Made by a program: the position numbers and the translations under genes
The notes under the pieces: generated by a model
The model's input: only the letters and a program-made list of their open reading frames with translations
The model's database searches: none
Told to the model about the DNA's origin: nothing
In this document: positions 52,151-64,000 of the stretch, piece after piece
Numbering within the stretch: position 1 is the first letter of the stretch
Layout of the letters: each line of letters opens with the position of its first letter
Origin: Antedon mediterranea
Lineage: Eukaryota; Animalia; Echinodermata
Assembly: GCF_964355755.1 (NCBI RefSeq)
Contig: NC_092674.1
Location: forward strand, 30,008,001-30,072,000
DNA: 64,000 nt
Direction of reading: 5' to 3'

Positions 52151-54756
52151 AGAAGTATTGAAAATGCTGTAAATTTAATAAATTTAGAAATAAACATCTG
52201 TACTTTCACCACAGGCTTGAACAGAATCAAATGTTTACGACCAAATAAGGCCACTGAAACTTCTTTTGTAGAATTTAATTTCCACTTCTTTACCGCTATC
52301 ATCCGTAAAGAATAAAAAGTAAATCTTCTTATCGGAGATCACTTGTTTGTCATTTTCTAAATGGTCTGTATCCTCTATGATCTTAAATCACTATTCATAA
52401 TCCATTAGCCAAGATAATTAGGTACTTATTTTAATTACACCCTCCAGTTATATCGTGTGAGAAACCTTTTAACTTTGCGCCAAACGGGTATTTACCAACG
52501 AAACAAAATAGCAAATCGTTGTTGCCGTTACTTTGTTCAATTGTAAGCGAACTTCATGGATAGTAATATGGTTTTATCTTTTGGAAATCGTGCCGTCGTG
52601 AATTCTATGATATTGTCTTGCTTGTAGCTTTGTTCGTATGCTAATTGTACGAGTACAGTTTACATCATATATACCGTATAGACTAAAACCTGTTTTGTGA
52701 CGCGAAAATGCGCAACCAATCAGAACTGTTGTTCGATTCGCGCTGCAGTATCCACTGTATTAGGTTTAGGTTCAAATCTCACCATTAGACTGTTCATGAA
52801 ATAAAGGTGGTTAAGCAATAGGTCTATAGACCTACCGTAAAAGAATTGCGCTTCTATTTTAGTAATTTAGTAAATGTGGTAAGCTACCCATTTTTTAATC
52901 ATGGGGATTAAAGAGTAGGGCCTATCAGTACATTCTTTAAAAAATATTACTGGGGATCATCTAACATATTTCTGTATAACTCGGATCAAATCAGAAATAA
53001 ATGTCTTTATCCTAATAATTTCTATCTATCAATAACCATTATTATGTTAGGTACCCTTTCTTATAAGTTAAGTACGAAGAACCCATTTAAGTCATCGTTT
53101 AAACCGAGCTGACCTTTCACTGGTCGGTGTTTACAAGACAAACAATAATAATTTTTGTTACAAATCTTCATTTTATTTCTGTAGTACGGTAACGAGATTT
53201 AACAATCATTGTTACGTCATTGTGTTCCAGATTTTATGACCCAAATCTGTGATTCAGATTCGCCACTTTTATAGGTAGTACCTGCACCTGTCTTAGATAA
53301 TATGCTTTGATTGTATATCACGAAACGAGGTTTTTAATTAGCTTCATGCCTATACAACGATATACCAATAAAATTCATGGGTGCCGTGTATCGTCACTGT
53401 ATTATATTTGTTCTGTATAATAAAAAAATGGGTCTTTTATGTAAAACAATTTAGAAACATAGCTATAAAACGTCTTGTAAACCAGGCGGCGCCGGAAATC
53501 ACATTGTTTTCAGACGATAAGAGTAAAAGGCGCAATCACCAGTACTTTACAAACTGTAGGCTTTATTTAAAATTATTTTTATTTCTTTTATTCTGACCGT
53601 GAATGGCTCATATACCGATGATGTTTGCTCATATTGGGTTTCCGGATTTTCCAATTAATCCATTACAAAAGAAATGAACATTCAAGTAAAGAACTGTAAC
53701 CCGAGTTTTTAAGCACGTACTTATTGCCATTAAATCTTAAGAATTCTTCTGAATACTTCATCTTTTGGATTTGTTTTTTGTTGAAAGTCTGAAGTGTTAC
53801 AAATCTGAAAGTTTGAAACACTAAATTTGACGTAACCGCATGAGCAACAAAGAGCACTGGTTCGTGAAACAATATTGGTACAACATTGTATTAATTTTTG
53901 TGACTGTCATAGGTTTCATCATATAACCCTGTTTTAGTTTCGATGCTTTAAATTGTTCGTTATGTATATATTTATTTCTTTTCCTGAAATGGAAATTTCA
54001 AACAGAAACTAGGCATAGCTTATAAAGATGTTTTGACCAATCATAACTTTCATCATTACAAATTTTAATTTATAAAAAAAAAACCAATAGGCTACAGCAC
54101 CACCCCTCCCTTCGGCTCACTCCTGTCTCTACTCCCAGTCATGTGGTATTTTTGTAAGATCAAGAACAACATTTAACAACCCTACATGGGCTTGTGGACA
54201 TATTTTGTTGCTTGCGATGTGGTTTTACTACTTCCATTTTGCCACCCTGTCCGCCGCCGGATTTGACGTTCAACACTGGAACCATCCACTTACAAAAGAC
54301 AATGTTCTTGTTTATTCTAATCAAAATGCAAAGACTTTTTAATGTTTTCCAATCCAATTTGAATGTTTTGAGTTGTTTGTAAAGATTTCAAAAGTGGATA
54401 ATGATAAGCTGAACTTTGATTCTAACATCACAGCACGTAGCAACACCGTGCTGTGATGTCACAATCAAGATTATGACATCACAGCACGTATCAACACCGT
54501 CTGACACCAACTGATTTGGTTTCACTTTTTCAGCCTCATAATCGATTGATTGACACTTGATGTCGAATTATGAATGAAGTTAGATCAAATATGAGAAATA
54601 GAAGAACAATTTCAAATAAACTTTTTTTTTAGAAACAAATCACAAAATATTATTATAGCGGTCTTATTAATAGAAATCATTAGAAATACATTAAAAATGA
54701 AAGCATTGGTAGGAAACATGTTAACTGAAAACTAAACATTTTATCGCAAGAATTGG

Positions 54757-55028
54757 TATTGTCATTTGTATTGTCATTTGTATTGTCATTTGTATTGTCA
54801 TTTGTATTGTCATTTGTATTGTCATTTGTATTGTCATTTCATTTTGAACAATTCAAGAAAAATAATTAAGTTATCTAATGAGATGGTTTACAAAAGACAC
54901 ACATTATCATCATCATCATGTCTCAGGGCTACCTAATGAAGACACACATTATCATCATCATCATGTCTCAGGGCTACCTAATGAAGACACACATTATCAC
55001 CATCATCATGTCTCAGGGCTACCTAATG
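54757..55028. repeat. 12-bp repeat x7 (GTATTGTCATTT) followed by a 45-bp repeat x3
   Basis: Tandem copies read directly at 54757-54839 and 54894-55028. Confidence 0.9.
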
Positions 55029-57035
55029 TTTGTATAAATGTATTCTTATATATAATAATGTTTTTGACTGATATATAAATATAGCTCAGTTGTCCTCTCT
55101 GCAATGTGAACCGAACTTTAGGCTATTGTATCTCTTTTAAATCAGAGGCACAGTCTCGGTGAGCTGTGCAACAAGTTTACAGTAATATATAAATAAAATT
55201 AGATATAAAAACAAATTCAAAAATATTCACAAGGTATGCTTTGTCATGACAAACCACTGAAAAAGTTATAAATGGATTATATCGTTTGATGACATGTCAT
55301 TAATTAAATATGTTAAATCTGGCTGTCTATATTTTAATGTCATGTTTGCAATGACCCCTTACTGATAATCGTGCCTGCTACTCATTAATTAATAATACAT
55401 TGTTTGTTTTTGTTTACAGTAATTAGTGACGCCACTAAAATGCGCAAGACAACCGCCGTATGTCAAAAACTATGTTTTCTAATTTTATTCTTGTTGTTTT
55501 GTTTTGTGTTTCTAGTTTTTGTGTAAACTGTTTGTTTCGTGGTATGATTTTACCAAACAATGCGGCTGTCAAGCAAAGCAGGTGAACAATGATGGCTAGT
55601 AAATAGGCCTAAACCTAATTATATTAGTATTCTGTATACAACATACCGTCCATTTGATATGCCCTATTTTTTTTCCATGGTGCTTTAAAATAATATTGTG
55701 TAGTATCAATACTAATACTTGGTAATTCAGATTTATTTTTTGTCCCATTTCACCGTCAAAATGTTCTTATTTCTGTTTCTTATTCCATATATTCGTATAA
55801 GTAGTGTATTTTAAAACATTTTAAATATTAAGCGATTTCTTAAACTAAGTTTTGTTTCTTTGTTTAATGCATTGTTCCTTTAACTTACTGTAGTCTTCAA
55901 TTCGGTTTTTTTTTTGCTCTGATTTTTGTTGTTGATTCTTCTTAAAGACTATATAGGTGGCCCCCTATATAGGCCTGTTTATCTTACATCATGCATCCGC
56001 TACTGCAATCAAATGGGTTAAGTACAAAATTAAACTTACATAATTTGAATTGAATAATAATTTGTGTTACTCCTTATGACCGACCTAATTCCTATCGATC
56101 AATATGGGCCAAACAAGGCAACGGGTAAAAACTCGACTTAAACCATAACAACTTCCGGTAGCCGCCGTCCCAATAGACTCGTCGTCCCAATAGACCCACC
56201 AAGGGCTATACTTACCTAAGTATTACCATCTATTGTGGTCTCCTCTTAAACTTTATTATATTGCTATCTATTGAACTATATTGATATCCACTTATAATGC
56301 TATAGCAGTGATAAATTCATTCTCTTTGTTAAATTTTATGTTCGTTATGCCTTTTGTTTTTTCACAAATAGGCCTATGTCACGTTTTTTGTTTTTTTTTT
56401 GTGTTTTTTTTATATTATTATTAAACTTTGTTTAATGAGGCTGACATGCATGAGGCCCTTAACACTTAAAAAACACGGGAATACAAATACGAAAAGACGA
56501 GAAAAAGCAAAACAAAAAGAGAAAAAAAGAGACCAATAAAAAAAATATATAAATATATATGAAAATATATACGTTATATATGTCACGTTTTTACGATAAA
56601 ACAAATCGAGTAATCTTTATCAATACGTGTTTACGTTGTCTACTCTGTTTGTATTGTGTGTTGTTTTGTTATATACTATACGGTAGTTAACGTACCTCCA
56701 CAATCCAACCTACATCAGCGTTGGTGCAAATTGGTATTTTAGGATATTGTAAGTGGGAAGTTTCTTATAACATTGTTAATTTCCTGGTGAAAGTGTTTCT
56801 CTTCTTGTTTTTGTATGATTTGTATGTACTATCCGAAATAAAGAAATGAATGAATGAATGCATGAATTGTGAAAACATCGAATTCAATTCAGTTAATTTG
56901 ACGGATACAAAACTATGAAAATAATTACAAAGTTGTTTTCTTCTATTTGAGAAAATCATCTGTAATTGAATAGAATCCAATGTTTGTAGAATTAATTTTA
57001 CTCGATAGGATTAAATCCTTACCAGTAGTCGTTCA

Positions 57036-57436
57036 TACCAATAGGCGGGTTAATAGCCTCAGCAGGGGGCGGAGTCAGCTTTGTGATTGGTCAAATCATT
57101 CAGAAGTAGGTACACCTTTACCACGTCGATCTTAACTTAACACGCTTCACTGAACTAAGATAAGAGGTACTCGCGTGCGAGGCACACGCCATCCTTTTAC
57201 AAACTTGAAGGGTAATACGCTGAAGCTAAACAACTAGAAAAGAACAATAGCCTCTTAATGGAAAGGCCAATCGCGAGCTTCGACGTAAGAAGGGAGGCCT
57301 TTGTTTTGGTAGAAATGATAAAACGTAATAATGTAAATCGATGTGATAGTTTGTCAACAGACCTTTCATAGCGGGCACGTGAGTGACGATTACTATCGGT
57401 ATATAAATAGCCTGACAAGTTTCGTACTTCAGTCAG
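57036..57436 (+). promoter_or_regulatory. Gsx proximal promoter: CCAAT boxes, GC box, E-box, TATA and Inr
   Basis: CCAAT at about 57039 and 57268, GGGGGCGGAG at 57065, ATTGG at 57086, CACGTG at 57376, TATAAA at 57402. Inr TCAGTC at 57429-57434 has its A 29 nt after the TATA start. Confidence 0.75.
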
Positions 57437-57483
57437 ACTATCAACAAGTAACATAGGAGCAGGTACTCACTCCTAACAGCAAG

Positions 57484-58599
57484 ATGCATCATCAAAAGTT
57501 ACCAACTACTGACTCTACAAAGGAGGAGAAAAGAAAGGATAAATTATCCCGTTCCTTCTACGTCGACTCGTTGATTTTAGCTAAACCTTCTCCGGTGATG
57601 ACCTCATCTCGCTCACCTCTTAGTTTCACCCCGTCTGAACCTAGAACTGTTCACTGTTTTCAATCTCATAGCGATCTTATGGGGACATGCCCTTTATGTG
57701 TACGGAATTCAACGACATGTGGTCGAGTCACCCTACCTACTACAACGGATTCTGCGTTCAAGTCTTCCATTACAGCTCCAATTGTATCTCATCCGTATCA
57801 TCAACTGAATCCGTTTTTGGATCGATGTGGAGCGCATCATCTCCATCCGGGCATATTGCATCCTACGTCACATCATTTTTCCAGGTCGTCGGGGGCTGCT
57901 CCTCCTCAGCTTCCATGTTCACCACCGGTTGACCGCCGCCGAGCTCTACATTTTGTTGGTAAGTCAAAGTTTCGTTTCTTTTAAATACTTTTTAATAGTT
58001 TGTTCATGTTACTCTTTAAATTGAACAAATTAAATCAAATCAATTTGTATCAAAATAATCATAATTAGTACTGAATATAACATGACTTTATGTTCAGTTG
58101 CTATTTAATCATAGTTACGACTCTCGTCTTGCGACATGACACCAATTTTTCCAGCCATTTTTTCTTGTTTTTGTTTTTCTCGCCAACATGCAATAAAGTT
58201 AGTAGATTTATAGTAATTGTATGTTAATTGTTTGTTTCTTTTATTTTAGGCGCCAAAAGGCACGCAGAGCCAGACGATGATAGCTCAAGTAGCAAACGGA
58301 TAAGAACCGCATTCACAAGCACACAACTCATCGAACTAGAGCGAGAATTTTCTGCCAACATGTACCTCTCAAGGCTTCGTCGAATTGAGATAGCTACATA
58401 TTTGAACTTATCGGAGAAACAAGTCAAAATTTGGTTCCAAAATCGCAGAGTAAAACAAAAGAAAGAAGGCAGTGAAGACCCACGTGATTGCCGTTGTCAT
58501 AGGATTGCATCGCGTACCAATAGGAGTCCGTCTGCTACTTCTGCGCATGTTCACAGTCATGAATCGGACTGTAGCGATAATAATTCTGAAACTCCTTAA
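57484..58599 (+). CDS. Gsx: ParaHox homeobox protein Gsx (Gsh/ind), 274 aa; exons 57484-57958 and 58250-58599
   Basis: Has the [11 protein letters not shown] motif, CPLC and a His-rich region. Homeodomain [60 protein letters not shown] (58291-58470) is Gsx-diagnostic. Phase-1 GT-AG intron. Confidence 0.97.
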
Positions 58600-61500
58600 A
58601 AGTGTTTAAATCGAACATTTATATATGCTGCAAGCTGGACACTACATTGCCAATAATTTAAGGGAAAACGGGATACGATTGGTTAGGTCAGAGTTTAATT
58701 AGTTCAATTACAACTTTATTAAAGCAAAAACATGTTATAGATAAGAGTTATTATTCAATATATCCTTACATTATTTAAGATGGTGATATGCCTAGACGGC
58801 CTAAAGTTAATTAACTCAAATGAACACGTACGCAATTAGAATGTTAATTTCATCGAAATTATTTAAACATTGTGAGCTTTTAAATTGCTCTTTCAAACTA
58901 AAATTATTTAGTAACTTATATAATATATTGTTTCTAAAATGAAATAATACAAAATATTCCAAATGTTTATCATTCCATAATATTTAATATGCAAAATATT
59001 TATTTTGTATGTGATTTTTTTTGTATGACGTCATGACGTTCAATAAAACTGTAATATTTGTACAATATATTGAAAGCTTTCTTAATAAACACAAAAAAAC
59101 TGAACTTGATTGATGTGTCGCTTCCTGTTATATCAAAGTTTATTGTTCGTTTGTTCGTCACTTTCTGATACACAACTCAAGTACGTGACGTGTTTAAAGT
59201 CTAAAAAAGTTTGTGACCGCAAGAGGGAGACAAACAAACGAAGTACTGACTGGGTGACTGTTCTGGCTAACTAACTACAGCAGCTATTAATACGATCGTA
59301 ACTAAAGCCGACAACAATATTAGAACAAAACTATTATGCTAATAATCATCATTCGTTGTACCAATACCAGTTATATTAGCAAATGATGATAATTACTGTA
59401 AAAGGTTAGCTGTACTGTGCCAAATTTGGGTGGTGGCCTACAATCTGGGATAGTCTGGCTACTGCCTTGCTTCTCTCGTCTTCTTACAAAGTGTTCTTGT
59501 CAACACTCCGCTTAAATAAATTACTATCACGGTTCTTCTGAAACAAAATCAAAGTGTTTTGCATTGATTTGTATTAGTTATTATTACATAATTCTATTTT
59601 AATAAACAATGTATAGATTGTGCGCGGCCACGTTGAGTGCAATGGATAGGGCGCCAAACCACCAGCGAAAAGTAACTAAGTTAAAAGAAGCTCTAGGCCT
59701 ATACATTTTAGTAGGCCTCCTCTGGCATTGTGTGTATTATAGTATCTTATATCTGTACTCCTGCTGTACTCAGGTGGTAGCTTTAGATTGTAGTGGGCCT
59801 ATGCATAAAGCAAAAACAATGTGCATTAAATCCGTTCTCCTGCTTTAGAGTCATTAGTTACCTTCACCAGTTGCATATCCCAATCCCTGGTTTTAACCCA
59901 TTACATCTGACTAATTCATTCAGTATATTTTTATCAAAAAGCTAAGTCTGTCATTGACAATACAACAGACTTACGTCTTCTTTTCGAAAACTCTGACTCG
60001 TGCCTCCTGTTATCATCTCGATCTTTTCTTGACGAGAAAATCATCATTGTGATGTATGTACTATTGTTTGTTCTTTTGTTATGAATAATAATCAAATTTG
60101 ATTTATCGAGTGAAATATGGAACTAATTATTACGAGCCTAGCAACCATGTGTTCCATACACGTACGTAGCAGTCATGGGTACGATGTTCTGTACACGTAT
60201 GTAGATATCGCGTGCCCACCACTGGCATTGACACGATCAAGTAATTCTTCCACCATCAATTATTTTTTCTAAATCTCTGTCTACACGTACTATCAATTTT
60301 GACAAAAAAAAGTGTGATGTAGATAAGCTACACGTACTGAATTACTGTATAAAGCCCTGTCTACACTATAAACCAAGTTTGACAAAAAAAAAAGATGTAC
60401 TCATATGGTAGTGATATGCTCAAATATGGTAGTGATATTACATCATGCTATTTATGGGCACATCACATCTTTTTGTTACTTTGATAAGAGTTTAAAAGAT
60501 TTTTTTCTGTCAATTATAATAATTTGTGATCAATGTTATCCATTTGTTTAGGACGTTCTGTTTGGTGTGTACAGAATAAATATAATATTACATTTTAAAA
60601 CACCTGTCTCTCTTCAATTAAACCTCTCAAAAATGCATCCCAATCCAATACCCGGGTAAACATAACATATATGTTAATTGAAGCTATTTAAATAAAATAT
60701 CAAAACAAGACAACATAGATTGAAATGGCCACTCGTAGATAGATAAAAACTTGTACTCGATGATCGCTTCATACTATTTTGATTAATAAGTTGTACTGCT
60801 AATGCGTGTCCTTAAACAAGCCCATGATTGGCATGATAATTCTTAACACAGACTCTAGTAATAAACCTTTGGCTTTAAATCAACAAAACACAAAGAAAGC
60901 ACATCCAAGTTTACATCTCTAGCATGTATTTTGCTTGTGTCTAATTACCTTCGAGTTGGTTTAATGCGTACATCGATTGAGGTGATAACTATTAAGCTTG
61001 ATTCAAACAGTCTGGAGTACGCACCTATTGATAACATGAGTACACGCGAGTGTATTTCATGTTGATAATATAATGATAATTTTACAAAACTTGATGCGCG
61101 TATAATGATGTGTAAAAGGGTATACGTAAGTGCCATTGACGTAACTATTACGTAAATAATTACGTATAGAAGTTTCATGAAAAAAAATGTCTTTAAACTG
61201 AAAAGACTGATGGGATACTGTAATAATGATGCGGATGATATTAATAATGATCTAATTTTTTTTATAGAATTTCTAATAAGCATGGCATATAATATTCGGG
61301 TTTTTTTTGTATAGTTTTTGTCATTATCATTATGATAATGTACTGTAGACCGTATATGACTGTTAGGCCTACTGATCGGTTTTCAACTCGTCTTATACTT
61401 TTTCTGTTTTAGTCGGTACAATTTGCTAATATATATACTTAGTTACTATTCACAGGATTAAACCTTATGCAATCTCAATTTGATAAATATTTTATTTATA

Positions 61501-61916
61501 TTTAACGATATCAGCAGTATAATTATGAATAATTAATTTATTCCACAGGTGCAACACGAAAACAGGTGTCACTAGATAATAATCAAGCATTTATTTAATG
61601 ATATTTATTCAGCAATTAATTATTCTCTAGCAGATTTAATTGTATACATCATCATCACTAACAGAGTATATAGTATTAAGGCTAGTGGAACACATGCTGG
61701 GATCATGCTGCTTAGTAAGAGGCGTTAACCCCCTTTTCGTAGTCGCTTCTATTCAGTAATAATTAATACGTTTGCTAACTAACCGTACTTACCGTAAAGA
61801 AACAAAGTAAAATCGAACATTTTATAATAAAAAGTTTATCAATTTCTTTTTAATAGATTAATTTTTTTTAGGATGAAAATGATTTTAACTAAAATACAAC
61901 AATAGAACCCCTCCTT

Positions 61917-62227
61917 TGTGTGATACCCATAGGAGATCCATTCTAATGACTGAAGGAATAGCAATATGTGTGATACCCATAGGAGATCCATTCTAATGAC
62001 TGAAGGAATAGCAATATGTGTGATACCCATAGGAGATCCATTCTAATGACTGAAGGAATAGCAATATGTGTGATACCCATAGGAGATCCATTCTAATGAC
62101 TGAAGGAATAGCAATATGTGTGATACCCATAGGAGATCCATTTTAATGACTGAAGGAATAGCAATATATGTGATACCCATAGGAGATACTTATCCATTCT
62201 AATGACTGAAGGAATAGCAATATGTGT
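61917..62227. repeat. 50-bp minisatellite x6
   Basis: TGTGTGATACCCATAGGAGATCCATTCTAATGACTGAAGGAATAGCAATA repeated with period 50 and no unique spacers. Confidence 0.95.
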
Positions 62228-64000
62228 TTTAACACTATGGCCAACAACCCCTTGAGGGAAACCACTATATCATAAGTAGGCCTACATTTTTGGGGGGTCC
62301 CGAATGTTTCCCATTGTAATAGGGTTTTTATTATAACTATTCTATTTTGACATGATAATGCACTCTTTAGACAAGATTAAGCTACAAAATGTTTTCTTCT
62401 CAAACTTTAAACTTTAATATCGATTGGTCCACAATCACCTGTACCTCAATCGATAAGCACCTGTAGTATGACGTTACAAATGGCCCTTGTTACTAAGACC
62501 TCTTTTTGATAAACCGGAAGACATTCATGTAACAGATAAATGTTTAGGATCGGATTAGTGTAGGCATTGTATCGATTGATATCGATTAGCCGCTCTAGTC
62601 GCGTGGATTCACGGTTAATTATTTATAGGTATTTGTCACTTGTTTTAGTGTAAATCCCGTTGTTTTCAAACATACTTTTACTTGAATCGATTTTTCTTTC
62701 TCTTTATTCCGCTATGGTTTGTATAAATTCATTGATACCTAATTCGGAAATCGCATTTACTCTTATTACTGGGTGTCTAATATGAAATCAATATGGCGAA
62801 GACCTTGCTCGTAGATACAATGGGATCGGTATCCTAGGCCCGACTCTCCAAGTTTTCTATCGCGGTATTAATGTACCAAGGTCACTGCTCCACACAGCCT
62901 ACCCATCACATCGATTAGGCTTAGGATTATTTTGTTTGTAAATCTATAACATTTTTATATATTATTCGTATTTTTATGTTTATTTTTTGAAATTATCAAC
63001 AGATTGTCGTTAAAATCGTTAACAATCAGGCATAAGGCAGAAAATAAATCAAGTTATACCTGTATTTAAAAACCAAGATAACAGATGAGTTTTTAAGTTA
63101 ACAAGCGTTTTTTGCTCACGTTTAAGTTTACAAGTTTAACCGCAGGATAGAAAGGCATCTGTGCGTACATTGCCCCATATGTTGATTTGGTTAAAAAAAG
63201 ACAGGTTCTACACTTGGGTAAAGCGTCATAAACAACGAAACAATACGGTGATACGTGCCAAGGACCTGCGATGCGCGTTATTATACGCAGAGCACGCGTT
63301 AATAGTTATATATGACATTAGATGAAATTGTCAGTACGTTGAAAGCAGACGATAAATAGAAATGTGGCTAATGATTGGTCATCTAGGATGACTAATATAA
63401 TCTTAATTGGTTACGAATCTCGGGCCTGAAACATTGAGTGCAGGTGCAGAGACCACTCAATAACTCTCAATTGTACATACAAGACTAATTCACAGCCAGT
63501 TATATGTGTTTACCTCAAAATACAAAGGCTTTTTCGCATTCAGTAAGGCAGCTGCACTCATAATTTATTGGTTAGCGATGCTGCCCCGATAAGGTCGGCA
63601 CTTGGTCCGGTTGGCTTCGCATGTGCCAACCGCCTCCCAGACTTGACGACAACAGGTTCTTCATCCATTGTTCTTCATCAAATCTGTCGTTTCTATTGTT
63701 TCTAAGGCTATATACGGTGAGTTTGTACAAGACCTAGTTCTTGATTGCAACCTATCTTGGCAAAGTGCCCTGAAGCCAGTACAGCGCAGCGAGAATTAAC
63801 CGAACAAGCGCGTGTCGAATTCGGTACTTATCGACAACGGTGACGAGTTTACAAACTAATACTTGATGCATTCAACAACCCTTTAAATATTGCACACTCA
63901 GTCTATGTATAAGAAATATCATATAGTTTAAGATGTGAAATCAATCGATTCAAGACAAAAACAAAACAATTTACAGCTCAAATTTCTAAACCGCGGTGCG

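Noticed and set aside
54878-55078. ORF with repeated EDTHYHHHHVSGLPN (His-rich peptide)
   Set aside because: A by-product of a 45-bp tandem repeat, with no splice, promoter or homology support.
61917-62227. Regular 50-bp repeats superficially like a CRISPR array
   Set aside because: Units are head-to-tail with no unique spacers, there are no cas genes, and the context is eukaryotic. It is a minisatellite.
58600-64000. Xlox/Pdx or Cdx exons downstream of Gsx
   Set aside because: No hexapeptide (FPWM) or second homeobox is seen in this stretch, so an intact cluster cannot be claimed from this window.

Overview
AT-rich, intron-rich animal genomic DNA, probably an invertebrate deuterostome such as an echinoderm (inferred from composition and gene style, not proven). 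Four protein-coding genes were reconstructed exon by exon with GT-AG junctions and consistent phases. (1) The 3' part of a DEG/ENaC (ASIC-like) channel on + (1-4492). (2) A complete convergent DEG/ENaC paralog on - (5163-13476, about 498 aa) whose promoter and first coding exon are duplicated, with a second intact copy at 15851-15978. (3) A full-length BRCA2 on + (19354-45805, 23 coding exons, about 3426 aa) with 17 BRC repeats, mostly FxTG, and a triplicated TSSLATPP motif. (4) The ParaHox gene Gsx on + (57484-58599, 274 aa), in which the normally N-terminal (M)[10 protein letters not shown] motif has Leu in place of Met and follows a 20-aa extension. Non-coding DNA holds many non-autonomous DNA transposons (P-like, hAT-like, piggyBac-like, Merlin/MULE-like, Tc1/pogo-like, Harbinger-like MITEs, a Helentron-type element), a nested transposon stack, minisatellites, CTCF-like motifs and many short palindromic insertions that may be transposon footprints. 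No prokaryotic features, rRNA or CRISPR arrays. No database searches were possible.
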